DNA from: the human T2T-CHM13v2.0 reference genome, Homo sapiens
Assembly (NCBI RefSeq): GCF_009914755.1
Contig: NC_060939.1
Strand: one strand, 5' to 3'
DNA length: 64,000 bases
The position numbers and the translations under genes were made by a program. Position 1 is the stretch's first letter. Every line of letters begins with the position of its first letter. Below, in pieces: positions 38,384-53,983 of this stretch. Below the pieces are notes generated by a model. It was given only the letters and a program-made list of their open reading frames with translations, searched no databases and was not told where the DNA came from.

Positions 38384-39123
38384 TCACCCCTGGGTCCCCA
38401 GGACTTGGCTGCAGCACGGCTCCCTGCAGGAGGAAGAGCCAGCTCAGAGGGGCTGGGGTCTGGGAGAGGGATGTGCCCCAGGGAGGTGGAGGGGAGTCGA
38501 GGCACGGCACCCCAAGAGCCTGGCTTTATGCACACCATGTGCCAGGTGAGCAAAGACCACAGAAATGTCTCAGAGCACTGCATGAAGGGAGGGCTAGAGT
38601 CACTGTAGAAATGTCAGCAAATTCCTGGCAACCTGCTTTACAGTGGGCCAGGAAAGCAGGTCCAGGCAAGGTACAGCCCTTACACACAGCCACCTCACCC
38701 TCACAGGGCGCAATGAGCTTGGGAGGCTGGGACTTTAGTGAGTTCATCTAAAGGCCAACCCTGTATCTGTGTGTGGATCTCGGGTTTGGAGGATGATGTG
38801 TAATGGTGTGTTGCTCACTCTATTAAATTCTTTTGGCCACACTCCCAGAGGCCTTGGTGGCGGGTGAGGCCAACCGCACTGTGGAGAGCCAGGTGATACA
38901 GTGGAGAGAGGACAGAGGCCTGGACTCAGATTCCAGCTCTGCCCTGTCCTGGCTATGAGACCTGGCCATGTGAGGTGACCACCCCTGTACAACAGAGACC
39001 ATTTTGCCATCACCCAGGGCAGTGGTGGGTTATATCTGTGGCAGACCCAGCACACACTGGATCCTGTCGAAGCGGTCAGTGGGAAATGAGGAAGTTTTGG
39101 GCCCCTTCTGGTCAGAGACGTAC

Positions 39124-39179
39124 CCTTGGCAGCCGTGATTATTGAAGTCCTGGGCGCAGTCCACCAGCTGCTGTTCCGC
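39124..39179 (-). CDS. CTSH: CTSH exon 7
   Basis: AEQQLVDCAQDFNNHGCQ(G); ttccag| and |gtacgt. Confidence 0.97.
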
Positions 39180-40044
39180 CTGGAAGAAGGACACAACCCA
39201 GTGACCTGCCAGCTGAGAAGCCGTCAAGGCTTTGGCGTGAGGCGCTAAGCCTCCCTGGCTGAGCCACATCTGAGGCCCCGTCAGTGCTGTGTCAAGGTGA
39301 CCAAATTATAAACTCCCCAAGGGCAGGGACAGTTGCTGTATGTCCTGCAGTGCCAGCCCAGCAGCTGGCACATGTCGGGAGGGGCTCAGTAAGCAGGGGC
39401 AGCCAGGGAAGGTGAGAGGGGGCAAGGGCTGTTGGGTCCAAACCCCTGCCCCGTAGGTGTGCCCATACGATGCAGAGTGTGGGGTCCCACAGCGGTGTAT
39501 AGGATGGGGGAAACAGGCCCAGCCAGAGACCCTACCCCCACCTGTCCACAACCCAGGGTCCTCATGGCATCACCAGGCCGGCTGTGCACTGTCCCTCCTT
39601 TCTCCACAGAGGCAGGGGCTAGGATAGTTCCTTCAGGGGCATCATCCGTCTCATGTGGGCGAGGGGATGGATGCATAGGTCCCGGCTCTTCCCTCATGAA
39701 GACAACTGAGGCTGCTGGGAAGGGTGTAGCTCCTAGTTGGCTACCCACCAGGCAGGCTCCGCCTTTCTGAACCCCTCCGCCGGGAAGGCTCCAGGCTGTC
39801 AAGCTAAGGACCACCCAGATCCATCTAGGAATGAGCCCTTGGGCCGGTTCCTTAATAAACTCAGATCCTTCCCGGGAAAAGCATCAATTGAGATTCTCAT
39901 GCCAGATGTCCACAAGGCTGGGGCATCTGGGTCCACCTGAAACAGCACCCTTAGCCAATGCTCCAGGGAAACCAAAGGCCCAGGCCTGGCCCACATCAGG
40001 ATGGGGTGTCCTCCGCAGGGGGTCGCCTGTGGCTGATTTCTTAC

Positions 40045-40131
40045 CAAGGACAGCATCTTTCCGGTTGCGATGGCGATTGCAGACTCCAGGGCCCCAGTGG
40101 TGGAGAAAGTCCAGCAACTGCCGCAGGCACC
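40045..40131 (-). CDS. CTSH: CTSH exon 6 (catalytic Cys, CGSCW)
   Basis: [29 protein letters not shown]; ttccag| and |gtaaga. Confidence 0.97.
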
Positions 40132-40256
40132 CTGGAAAGGCCAGGGGAGAGCAGAGGACATCAGTGATGGGGACGCCGTGAGACAGCCCTGCCTTCTGCC
40201 TTCCTCTGCTGACCCTGCCAGAGCTCCCGAGTCCCCAGGTGCCTTGGCAGTTTACC

Positions 40257-40367
40257 AAGCCCTGTTCCAGATCCATTCATTCTGAGCCTCGCAGGCCCTG
40301 TTCCAGATCCATTCATTCTGAGGCTCGCAAGCCCTGTTCCAGATCCATTCATTCTGAGCCTCGCAAG
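40257..40367. repeat. 36-bp tandem repeat, 3 copies, in CTSH intron 5
   Basis: aagccctgttccagatccattcattctgagcctcgc at 40257, 40293 and 40329; the middle copy has two substitutions. Confidence 0.95.
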
Positions 40368-42650
40368 TCCTGAGAGGCTTGCAAAGGAGCAGGAGCAGCA
40401 GGTGGCCTCTGACCAGTGCCTGTGGACTCCCAATCACCACCTCTTGGTGGCCAATCCCCACCATTCTGCCAGGGCCTGGAGTCCCCCACCCCATTCTGCA
40501 GTCTTCTGGCTCTCTTCCTTCTCGATCTTCACTGGCTCCTCTTTTCCCTACTGGTTCCCTGCAGAAGGATGCCCCAAAGTTCTGTTTTTAGAACCTTCTC
40601 TCACCTTTCCACCTCCAGTCTCATTCTGCCCAGTCCTGTTAAACTAACAGCTCCCCAAACCCTAGCCCAGTGCTGACCTCCACTTAGGCTCAGACATCCA
40701 ACTAACTGCCAGACAACCCCACCCAGACACCCCTGACACCCCAGACTCTGGGGGACCCGCCCCATCCACCCATTTCCCCACCTTCTAACAGTTCATTGCC
40801 GCTGCCTAGCCCCCTTATTCACAACACCTCCAGAATAACATGAGGATTAGGTGTGGGGGGCTGCAGCCTGCCTGCCTGGTTCACATCCCAGCTCTGCCAC
40901 ACACCAGGTGGGTGACCTGGGCAAGTCACTTCCCCTCTCGAAGCCTTGGCTTCATTGCTTGTAAAGTGGGAATGGCGAGGGTTCCTGCTTGCAGGGCGCT
41001 AGCAGGGTTAAGTCAGATTCTGCTGGTCAGGCAGTCACCCCCGTGGGCACAATGCTGGTGGCTGCTGTAAGGATTTCTCTCAGGTTCATCTCTGTTTCCT
41101 CACCTTGCTGGTTCAGTCTTCCAGCTTCTACTTCTGAAATGTCTCTAAGTCCCCTACCTGCCTCCCAGGTCATCACCCTAGGTTGACACTGGCCTCACCC
41201 AATCTCTTCCCTTCACATATCTCTCTCAGCTGGGGGAGGGAGGGACGGCCTGGTGAGAGGGTCCATGAGACAGTCAACGAGGCAGACGTGGCCACTTCGG
41301 GGGAGACTAAGCTCACTGCTGAAGGAGGCGGAGCTCGGCTGACCCTTGGGTGCTCGACTTGGGGCAGGGGCCTGGTTTTGAGTCCCCTTTGTCACTTACT
41401 TACCTTGGACCTCAGGCAAACCACCCTCCCTCTCAGGCTCTCCCTCTGTAAAGTGAGAAACTCTCAAGGAGGGTGCTGAGCTGATGGACGCTGTGGCTGC
41501 TGTCCGTCTCTATCCCCACACAGCGGCCACAGTAAGAGACGGCACACATCTGCGTCAGGAAGCACCTCATTCCGCTCCCTTAGCCCAGCCGGCTGCGTCC
41601 TGCCTGATGGCCCAGGATCAGTTAACAGGAGGACTTGGAAAATTCTTGGTGGGCCTCTCTTTCCCACCTGTCCAAGTGGTGGGCAGGTTTAGGTTACGTG
41701 TTGCTCTGAATTGTCATGTGGTTCTCAGAGGGTCTAAAAATGTCACGGGGCAAAGGCAGGCTTCTACTCCACCTCCTGCTGCAAGGGGAGGTTTGCTTTG
41801 GCTCCTGATGCTAGTTAAACATCCAGCACTTGGCAGGCTCCAGGAACACTGCAAGCCCGGGAGGCTTTAAAGCTGTGCTGCATGGATGGCTTTTTGGAAA
41901 GTGAAAAAACATTTCTCATGGAGAATTTCGATGGAAAGCCAGGAGTTTCCAGGAAGGAAACCTTCACCTCATATTTCCTAGAGTCCAGAGGTCGGCATCC
42001 TTCTGAAGAAGGCCACGGCAGGTTCCCTGCTAGGGGAGGGGCCGCAGCAGGCCGGGAGAACAGCGGGGGCAGGGTCCAGACTCTCTGGGACAGGGCCTGT
42101 GCTGAGATGCCCCCAGACTGCTCCCCCATGGAGGAAGGCAGGGCCTCTCACCTTGCCAAGCCCTCTGTGCCCCACAGCAAGGGCCACGGAGGCCAGCCCC
42201 TGCCATGAGAAGCTTGCTGATGCATGACACATGGACTAACCAGAGGGAGGCGGCCAGCCAGGGCAGGGGCTGGACCCTGGTGGCTCGGAGAAGATGGAGG
42301 CGGGAAGAGGAGATGCATGGGGTTCTGGTGTCCAGATGGGCACAGGGAACATAACGTTTTGGATGGCTCTGTAGGAGAGACCTGGGACCAATGGGAAAAT
42401 CTGGGGCGTGGGGAAGGAAGGGAGTAAACTTTAGCCCAATAAAGAGGAACTTTTGCATCCTCCAGAGCAGCCTAGAGAAGTGCTGACCTCCCTGGCCCCT
42501 CAAAGGAAGAGGGCTGGAGAGATGCCGAGAGGAAACAGAGGCAGGGATGTGCTTGTGGTGGTTTTGTGGACCTTTTGAGTTGTTCTTCCTGGTGTATTGT
42601 CTGGGAGTGTGGCCGTTTTGCAGGGAGAGGATGGAGATTGCCAGGCATAC

Positions 42651-42755
42651 CTGATTTTTCACAGGTGAGACAAAATTTCCTTTTTTCCGCCAGTCCACGG
42701 AAGGTGGGTAGGGACCAGTACCTCGAAGGTAGTTACTTTTGGTGGCTGAGCAATT
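42651..42755 (-). CDS. CTSH: CTSH exon 5
   Basis: [35 protein letters not shown]; ttccag| and |gtatgc. Confidence 0.97.
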
Positions 42756-42952
42756 CTGGAACAACCAAACACATTATTTTCAGGAAAATAAACAAAACCA
42801 AAAACCTTTCTGACAACAAGAAGAAGAAATGTATAAACATGGAATCACCAAGAGAGAATAAGAAAGGCTGCAGCTCTCAGAACCTTCCCTCTCCTGTCTA
42901 CTGGTCCCAAGTGCTAAATGACATGTCCCCTTGAGAGTCCAGAGCATTAGGA

Positions 42953-43145
42953 TAGGGTAGACAGATGTAGCAAATAAAAATACAGCTCACCTAGTTAAAT
43001 TTGAATTTCAGGTAAACAACAAATAACTTTGTAGTGTAAGTATATCCTGTGCAATATTTAGAATATACTTATGCTAAAGAATTACTTGTTGTGTATCTGA
43101 AATTCATTTTTAACTGAGTATCTATATTTTAATCTGGTAGCCCTA
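42953..43145. mobile_element. MER53 palindromic hAT MITE
   Basis: taggg...cccta termini, 193 bp, inverted symmetry around gcaatatt. Confidence 0.85.
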
Positions 43146-43352
43146 AGTTAAGGGTCCACAATGCTAAGGCCATGGGCCTGGACTGAGGAACTGCTGAGAG
43201 CTGACTCTTCTGGTTCCCCCAAAGAATCTGGGGATACCCTCAGCTGCATCTGGGGATGGGACTGAATCTGCCTAGAAGCAGAGCAGGCTCCAAATTTATT
43301 CCAAAGGTTTCAGTAAAAGGATTCAGATTTGGTTGCAATGAATTATACCTAC

Positions 43353-43423
43353 CTGAGGCTCTGACCAGAGATACTTGTGTTTTATTTCAGCAAAGCTCAT
43401 GTCTGAAAATTGGTTCAGTGCCA
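43353..43423 (-). CDS. CTSH: CTSH exon 4
   Basis: (M)[23 protein letters not shown]; tgtag| and |gtaggt. Confidence 0.97.
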
Positions 43424-43589
43424 CTACAAAAGAGAAGGAAAAAACCAAAACAGAAATGGTTAGTGAATCACTAATGAAGAAACAAGAAAAAGTGATGAAA
43501 CCTCCTGTTTACCTGTGTCGTATTTAGAACCACTGCAACCCATCTCCTTTAAGTTTTTGTATTTAATATAATTCAGTAGATAATTCAAT

Positions 43590-43760
43590 CAGCCCTTACA
43601 GTGCTGCCAAAATACCTGGGGAGCTTTTTCAATGGTATAGATGTCCGGGCCGTACTCCAGAGATGCTAATGCAGTTGGTCTGGGGTGGGGCCTGGGCACT
43701 TACTTTTTTAGATACTCCCCTCGTGAGTCTGATGGATAGCTAGGTAAAGAACCACTCCAC
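43590..43760. mobile_element. MER5A-like hAT-Charlie element
   Basis: acctggggagctt..ggtctggggtggggcctgg..agaaccact. Confidence 0.7.
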
Positions 43761-43837
43761 TGGTGCCAGGGGCCTTCCCACCTGCTGCCTAATTTGGTCT
43801 CTACACAGCCCCAGCAGGGATGCGTGATCATTTCTGC

Positions 43838-44600
<763 letters not shown>

Positions 44601-44989
44601 TATGTGAGTTTCTAGTGAAATTAATCCGGAGTGAAGGCAGATGCTCCCAGGGGCTGCTCTGAGCCCATGAGCAACCCCTACCCCCCGCAACAATCCAAAG
44701 ACAGACCTTGGCTTCCAGGCTGGACCCTCAGATGGCAGGAATGGGGCAGGGGCTTCTACAGAGTCTCTTGTAAACTTCACAACCACCCAGAGGGGTACCG
44801 GCTTTGTCCCAAATTTACGATCCCACATTACACAGAGAGTAACAGCGGAGCCACAATCTGAGGTCAGCCAAACACAGCTTCAGAGCCTGGGCTTCTGCTC
44901 CCTCCACCCACCAGCCCCCAGCGGGCCCTTTCATGGGCTGGGTCACTAACTGACATCCTTCCAGGAAGGAAGGGAGGCGTTCCACGTAC

Positions 44990-45095
44990 TTTTAAATGTG
45001 TGGTTCCCATTGTTGTGGGCGTTTATCTTCCTCCAGTTGCTGGCAAACGTCTGCAGCCTGTGGTGGTACTCCTCCGTACTGTAGGTCTTACGGTG
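44990..45095 (-). CDS. CTSH: CTSH exon 3 (propeptide)
   Basis: [35 protein letters not shown]; tttag| and |gtacgt. Confidence 0.97.
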
Positions 45096-45509
45096 CTAAA
45101 ACAAAACACGCCAGTAGCAAGTCATGGAAACAGGCTGCAGCTCCCTAGAGGGAGACCTTTTTGTTTTCCTAAGAGGAAAGATGAAGGTTTTCTTTCTGCT
45201 ATGATTCTCAGGCCAAATCTGTGTTAATGGGCGGGGTACTGCTGAGAAATTTGGGAAGTTACAAAACAACCCCGTTTTCAGGGACCTGTGGCCAGAATGA
45301 AGACCATGCAGCTGCGTGAAAGTCAGAATGTGGTCCAAGAGGCACTGGTGAACAAACCTGCCACATGTGGGGCACTCCTGGACGCCACTGCTGGTGCTGG
45401 GTCAAGTTTACAGCAAAGATCACCATTTTTCAAAAGCACATGCACTGGTGTTCCCCAACTGATTCTGCAACCAGTACACAGTGTGCTTTGGTTTTCTAAA
45501 AACAAATGT

Positions 45510-46550
<1,041 letters not shown>

Positions 46551-46811
46551 TGTGCTTTGAAAACAAAATACAGAAATGAATCCCAGGGCTTGGAAGGCTG
46601 TCAGCCAAGTTAATCACTTGGGACCACTATTTGGAAGGAATTTACTTAACTGCATCTTTCCCAGTGTTTGGCCAGTTCAACTTCTGGAAAGACCCCACTA
46701 GGCAAAGTTGGAAATTCCCTTTTTCATTGTCTCAAATCTGGGACAGTTTGGTTTGATAACAGGAAACTTTGTGAAATGAAAAACTTCAAAAAGAAGAAGT
46801 TGGGCACTGAC

Positions 46812-46843
46812 CTTAGACATCCATGACTTGAAGTGAAACTTCT
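46812..46843 (-). CDS. CTSH: CTSH exon 2 (32 nt)
   Basis: (E)KFHFKSWMSK; long polypyrimidine tract + tacag| and |gtcagt. Confidence 0.96.
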
Positions 46844-47277
46844 CTGTAAAAAGAAAAAAAAAATTAGGTCTGGGCGCATCACAGTAATGTTGAGTCTATA
46901 GCAAAGTAGGGCACTTTAGAACTGATTTGCATTTTCGAAAACTGGACTAAATTTAAAACACCAAAAATGGTGTTATATAATGCAGAATGCAAAAAGAAAC
47001 TCCGACTCTTCCTGGTTTTGTACCCCAAATTAATGTGAAAAAGTATATACTATTAGTCAATGGTGTTGAAAGTCAGGATGGTGGTTATGCCTACTGGGTC
47101 GGGGTGCAGAAAGCACTTCCGGGATGCTGCTCATATCCTGTTTCTTCAACTGGGCGCTGGTTAACTGAGTGTGTTTAGATTGAGAAAATTCGTGGAAATG
47201 CATACTCAATGATTTGTGCCCCTTTCTGTATGAAGTTATATTTCGGTAAGAAGTTAATTTAAAAAGCTATCTACTCC

Positions 47278-49484
<2,207 letters not shown>

Positions 49485-49792
49485 TTATTCTGGATTGAGT
49501 AATCATAATTATTATTAGTGTCCCAACTGATTAAAACATTTCAAATGTATTATACATTATGAAAAGTAATTGTTAAACATCAAAAGTAAAATTGTATCAG
49601 AAATGCATCTCTTAATGTGATAAACAGTACTCTACTGCCCATCCCCCGCAATGGATTTATATTTTCATGAGTGAATATTGTTTGGTTGAGAAAAGGTTCA
49701 GCATTAATTCTGGTCTTATTTTTGTTTCTTATAGGTCAAAGGGCTGGGAAACCCTGCTCAAATAAGCAGCTGGGAATGGAGGCAGTTTTTAA

Positions 49793-51199
<1,407 letters not shown>

Positions 51200-51214
51200 C
51201 CTGACTCCTGTTTT

Positions 51215-51482
51215 AGTACAGCTCCTGGGCTACAAACGGTTTCTTACAATTTTAAATGGTTAGAAGAAACATATTTCGTAGCACCCAAAAATCCCTTGAA
51301 ACTGAAATTTCAGTGGCCATAAAAATCATTTATTAGAACCCAGTTACACTGACTCACTTACATACAATCTATGGTTGCTATCACACTACCATGGCAGAGT
51401 TAGTAGTTGCTACAGAGACCACCATAAAGCCTAAGTTATTTACCGTCTGGTCTTTCACAGAAAAAGTTTGCCAAGCCCTGCT
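51215..51482. mobile_element. MER58-like hAT-Charlie element
   Basis: ..ggcagagttagtagttgctacagagacc..aagcctaagttatttaccgtctggtctttcacagaaaaagtttgccaagccctg. Confidence 0.7.
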
Positions 51483-52379
51483 CTGGAATTCAGACAGCCT
51501 CTCAGCGCCAGCCTTCTCCAGGCAGCCCTCGCTTGCGGCAGCTAGGTTTTCCTTAGGCGGGAACTGACCTGGAGCTGGGCGCCCACTGAGGTTTGCAAGG
51601 CTGGGGAGCTTTTTAAATAAATAGGTGGGAAGGAATGAGGCAACCCTCTGGCCCAGATTCAGCCTCAGTGATCTCTGTCCCATCCCCTGAGCCTCTAGCT
51701 GGGGGAAAGCCCTGTCCCGTTCCTCCAGAGCTCAGGGCACCCCCCCTCCCTAGGTTCTTGGCTCCTTGGGTTGTTTCTTGGCTACTTTTCTCTGTGAAGG
51801 GGGCAGGTGGTCTTTAAGTTCAGAGCCTGTGGGCTGAGGCTGGGACCAGGGACAGTAGGAAAGGAGGGAGGCAGTAGGGAAGAGCAGGCTCCTTGCCTTC
51901 AGCCAGGGGAGGTGCCTGAGCCCGGGCAGTAGACAGGATGCAAGGGCAGCACGAAGCTGGACCAGTCGCAGCCAACCTGGCCAACAAGAGGAGTCCTGGG
52001 GCTCCACCTGACGCCATGGGCCCTGGGGTGCTGTTAAAAGCGCTGTTGGTCTGAGTGCTTTCCCTGGTGCCGTTGCACAGGGATTCACTGTTCCAAACAG
52101 CCCGTCCAACCTACTCTACAGATGGGACTCCCAAGACACTACGGGGATCCCCTGTGTGCCAAGTCCCGGGGGAAGCTGCTAGAGAAGGCTGGGACGTCCT
52201 TGCTCACCTCTGGCAGGGACAGATCAGAGTCCTCTGTGTGACACTCTGTGTCCCCAGTTGAGGAAGGCGGAAGGAGCTGCGGGCTCCTTTGGTATTCTAG
52301 GCTGGAGAGCCACCTGGCTAGGTGGGACCCTGGACACTCAGCCCATCTGCTCCTCTGGTCCTACAAGCCGCCCACCCTC

Positions 52380-53010
52380 CGAGAACCCCCGCCTATAATG
52401 CAGTTTACCCCTCCCCGTGCCAGCACGCAGAGTTCCTGGCCTCTCACCGGGGAAAGCTCTGCCCCGTTCCTCCGGAGCCCAGTGCGCCCCTGGCCAAGTT
52501 CTCCCAGCGTCCACTCTAGGGCCTGCTAGCACCCTCTCGGGCGGCGCGCCCTCTGCGTACCTAAGGAGTTCACGCACAGTTCGGCGGCACCGCAGACGGG
52601 GACTCCCAGGAGCCAGGCCCCGGCGCAGAGCAGCGGCAGCGTGGCCCACATCGCAGCGCTGGCGGCTTGGCTCTTGCGCTCAGGGTCCGCGGAGGTGGCG
52701 GCCCAGAGCGTCAACTGGGAGCGCGGGGGGGGCGGCACGAGCGTGGAGGAGCGGCGGGAGCGCGAAGGGGCGGAGCGAGCGCGGGGCGGAGCGAGCGCGG
52801 GGCGGGGTGGGCGGTACTCCCCCGAGGCCGGGCTCGCGGGAGGGGGCGGCGCCGACTAACTCGCCAGCTCTAGTTCACCTGTCGGCCGGCCGCGTCGCTC
52901 CCTTATCTCCTCTGGGAGGAAGGGCTTATCTGGGTATCAGGCCTGGCTGAGTCCTGGATCTGCCTGGACTGGCTGGCACCGCGCGGGGAGGTCTCAGCCT
53001 GGCCTCTCCC
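52380..53010 (-). promoter_or_regulatory. CTSH: CTSH CpG-island, TATA-less promoter with GC boxes and paired GATA motifs
   Basis: Dense CpG; repeated ggggcgg at about 52767-52814 and 52843; cttatct at 52902-52908 and 52925-52931. Confidence 0.85.
52561..52651 (-). CDS. CTSH: CTSH exon 1 (coding part, signal peptide)
   Basis: ATG at 52651; MWATLPLLCAGAWLLGVPVCGAAELCVNSL; donor G|gtacgc. Confidence 0.97.
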
Positions 53011-53034
53011 TCTCCCAGCGTGTCGCCATCCCCA

Positions 53035-53983
53035 CGTCCCCCATCTCCCTGCGTGTCCCCACCTCGCACCCCCCCATCTCCCTGCCTATCCCCAACTCGC
53101 ACCCCTCATGTCCCTTCCTGTCCCCACCTCACACCATGTCCCTGCCTGTCTTCACCTTGCACCCTCCATCTCCCTGCCTGTCCCCACCTCGCTCCCCCTA
53201 TGTCCCTGCCTGTCTCCACCTCACACCCCCATCTCCCTGAATGTGCCCACCTCCCACCCCCTATGTCCCTGCCTGTCCCCACCTCCCACCCCCATGTCCC
53301 TGCCTGTCCCCACCTCGCACCCCCATGTCCCTGCTTATCCCCACCTCGCACCCCCCCATCTCCCTGCCTGTCCCCAACTCACACCCCCCATCTCCCTGCC
53401 TGTCCCCACCTCAGACTCCCCATGTCCCTGCCTGTCTCCACCTCACACCCTTATGTCCCTGCCTGTCCCGACCTCGCACGCCCCACGTCCCTGCCTGTCC
53501 CCACCTCGCACTCCCCATGTCCCTGCTTGTCCCCACCTCGCACCCCCCATCTCCCTGCCTGTCCCCACCTCACACCCCCCATGTCCCTGCCTGTCTCCAC
53601 CTCACAGCCTTATGTCCCTTCCTGTCCCCACCTCGCACCCCCCATCTCCCTGCCTATCCCCACCATACCCCTATGTCCCTGCCTGTCCCCACCTCACACC
53701 CCCATGTCTCTGCCTGTCCCCACCTCACACCCCCATATCCCTGCCAGTCCCCACCTCACATCCCCCCATCTTCCTGCATTTCCCCACCTCACACCCCTAT
53801 GTCCCTGCCTGTCCCCGCCTTGCACCTCCCATCTTCCTGCCTGTCCCCACCTCACACCCCCTCATGTCCCTGCGTGTCTCCACCTTGCACCCCCATCTCC
53901 CTGCCTGTCCCCACCTCATACCCCCCATGTCCCTGTGTGTCTCCACCTCAGACTTTCCCCCACACTCCCCACGTCTCCCTGCC
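53035..53983. repeat. C-rich minisatellite, about 29 copies of a 31-33-bp unit (consensus ccccatStccctgcctgtccccacctcRcacc)
   Basis: Units read and counted directly from the sequence. Confidence 0.95.

Noticed and set aside
40257-40367. 36-bp repeat as a CRISPR-like array
   Set aside because: Contiguous copies with no spacers, no cas genes, eukaryotic intron
42030-42764. 244-aa ORF, and similar ORFs at 36486-37199, 39799-40161 and 1703-1924
   Set aside because: A real exon reading through into flanking intron; only the spliced part is coding
52417-52950. 177-aa antisense ORF over CTSH exon 1
   Set aside because: Expected stop-codon scarcity in a CpG island; GTG start; Arg/Gly/Ala low complexity
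53035-53983. Minisatellite as a CRISPR array, SVA VNTR or mucin-like gene
   Set aside because: No spacers; no SVA hexamer, Alu-like or SINE-R parts, or TSD; unit length varies 31-33 bp and is not frame-preserving; no splice or signal-peptide context
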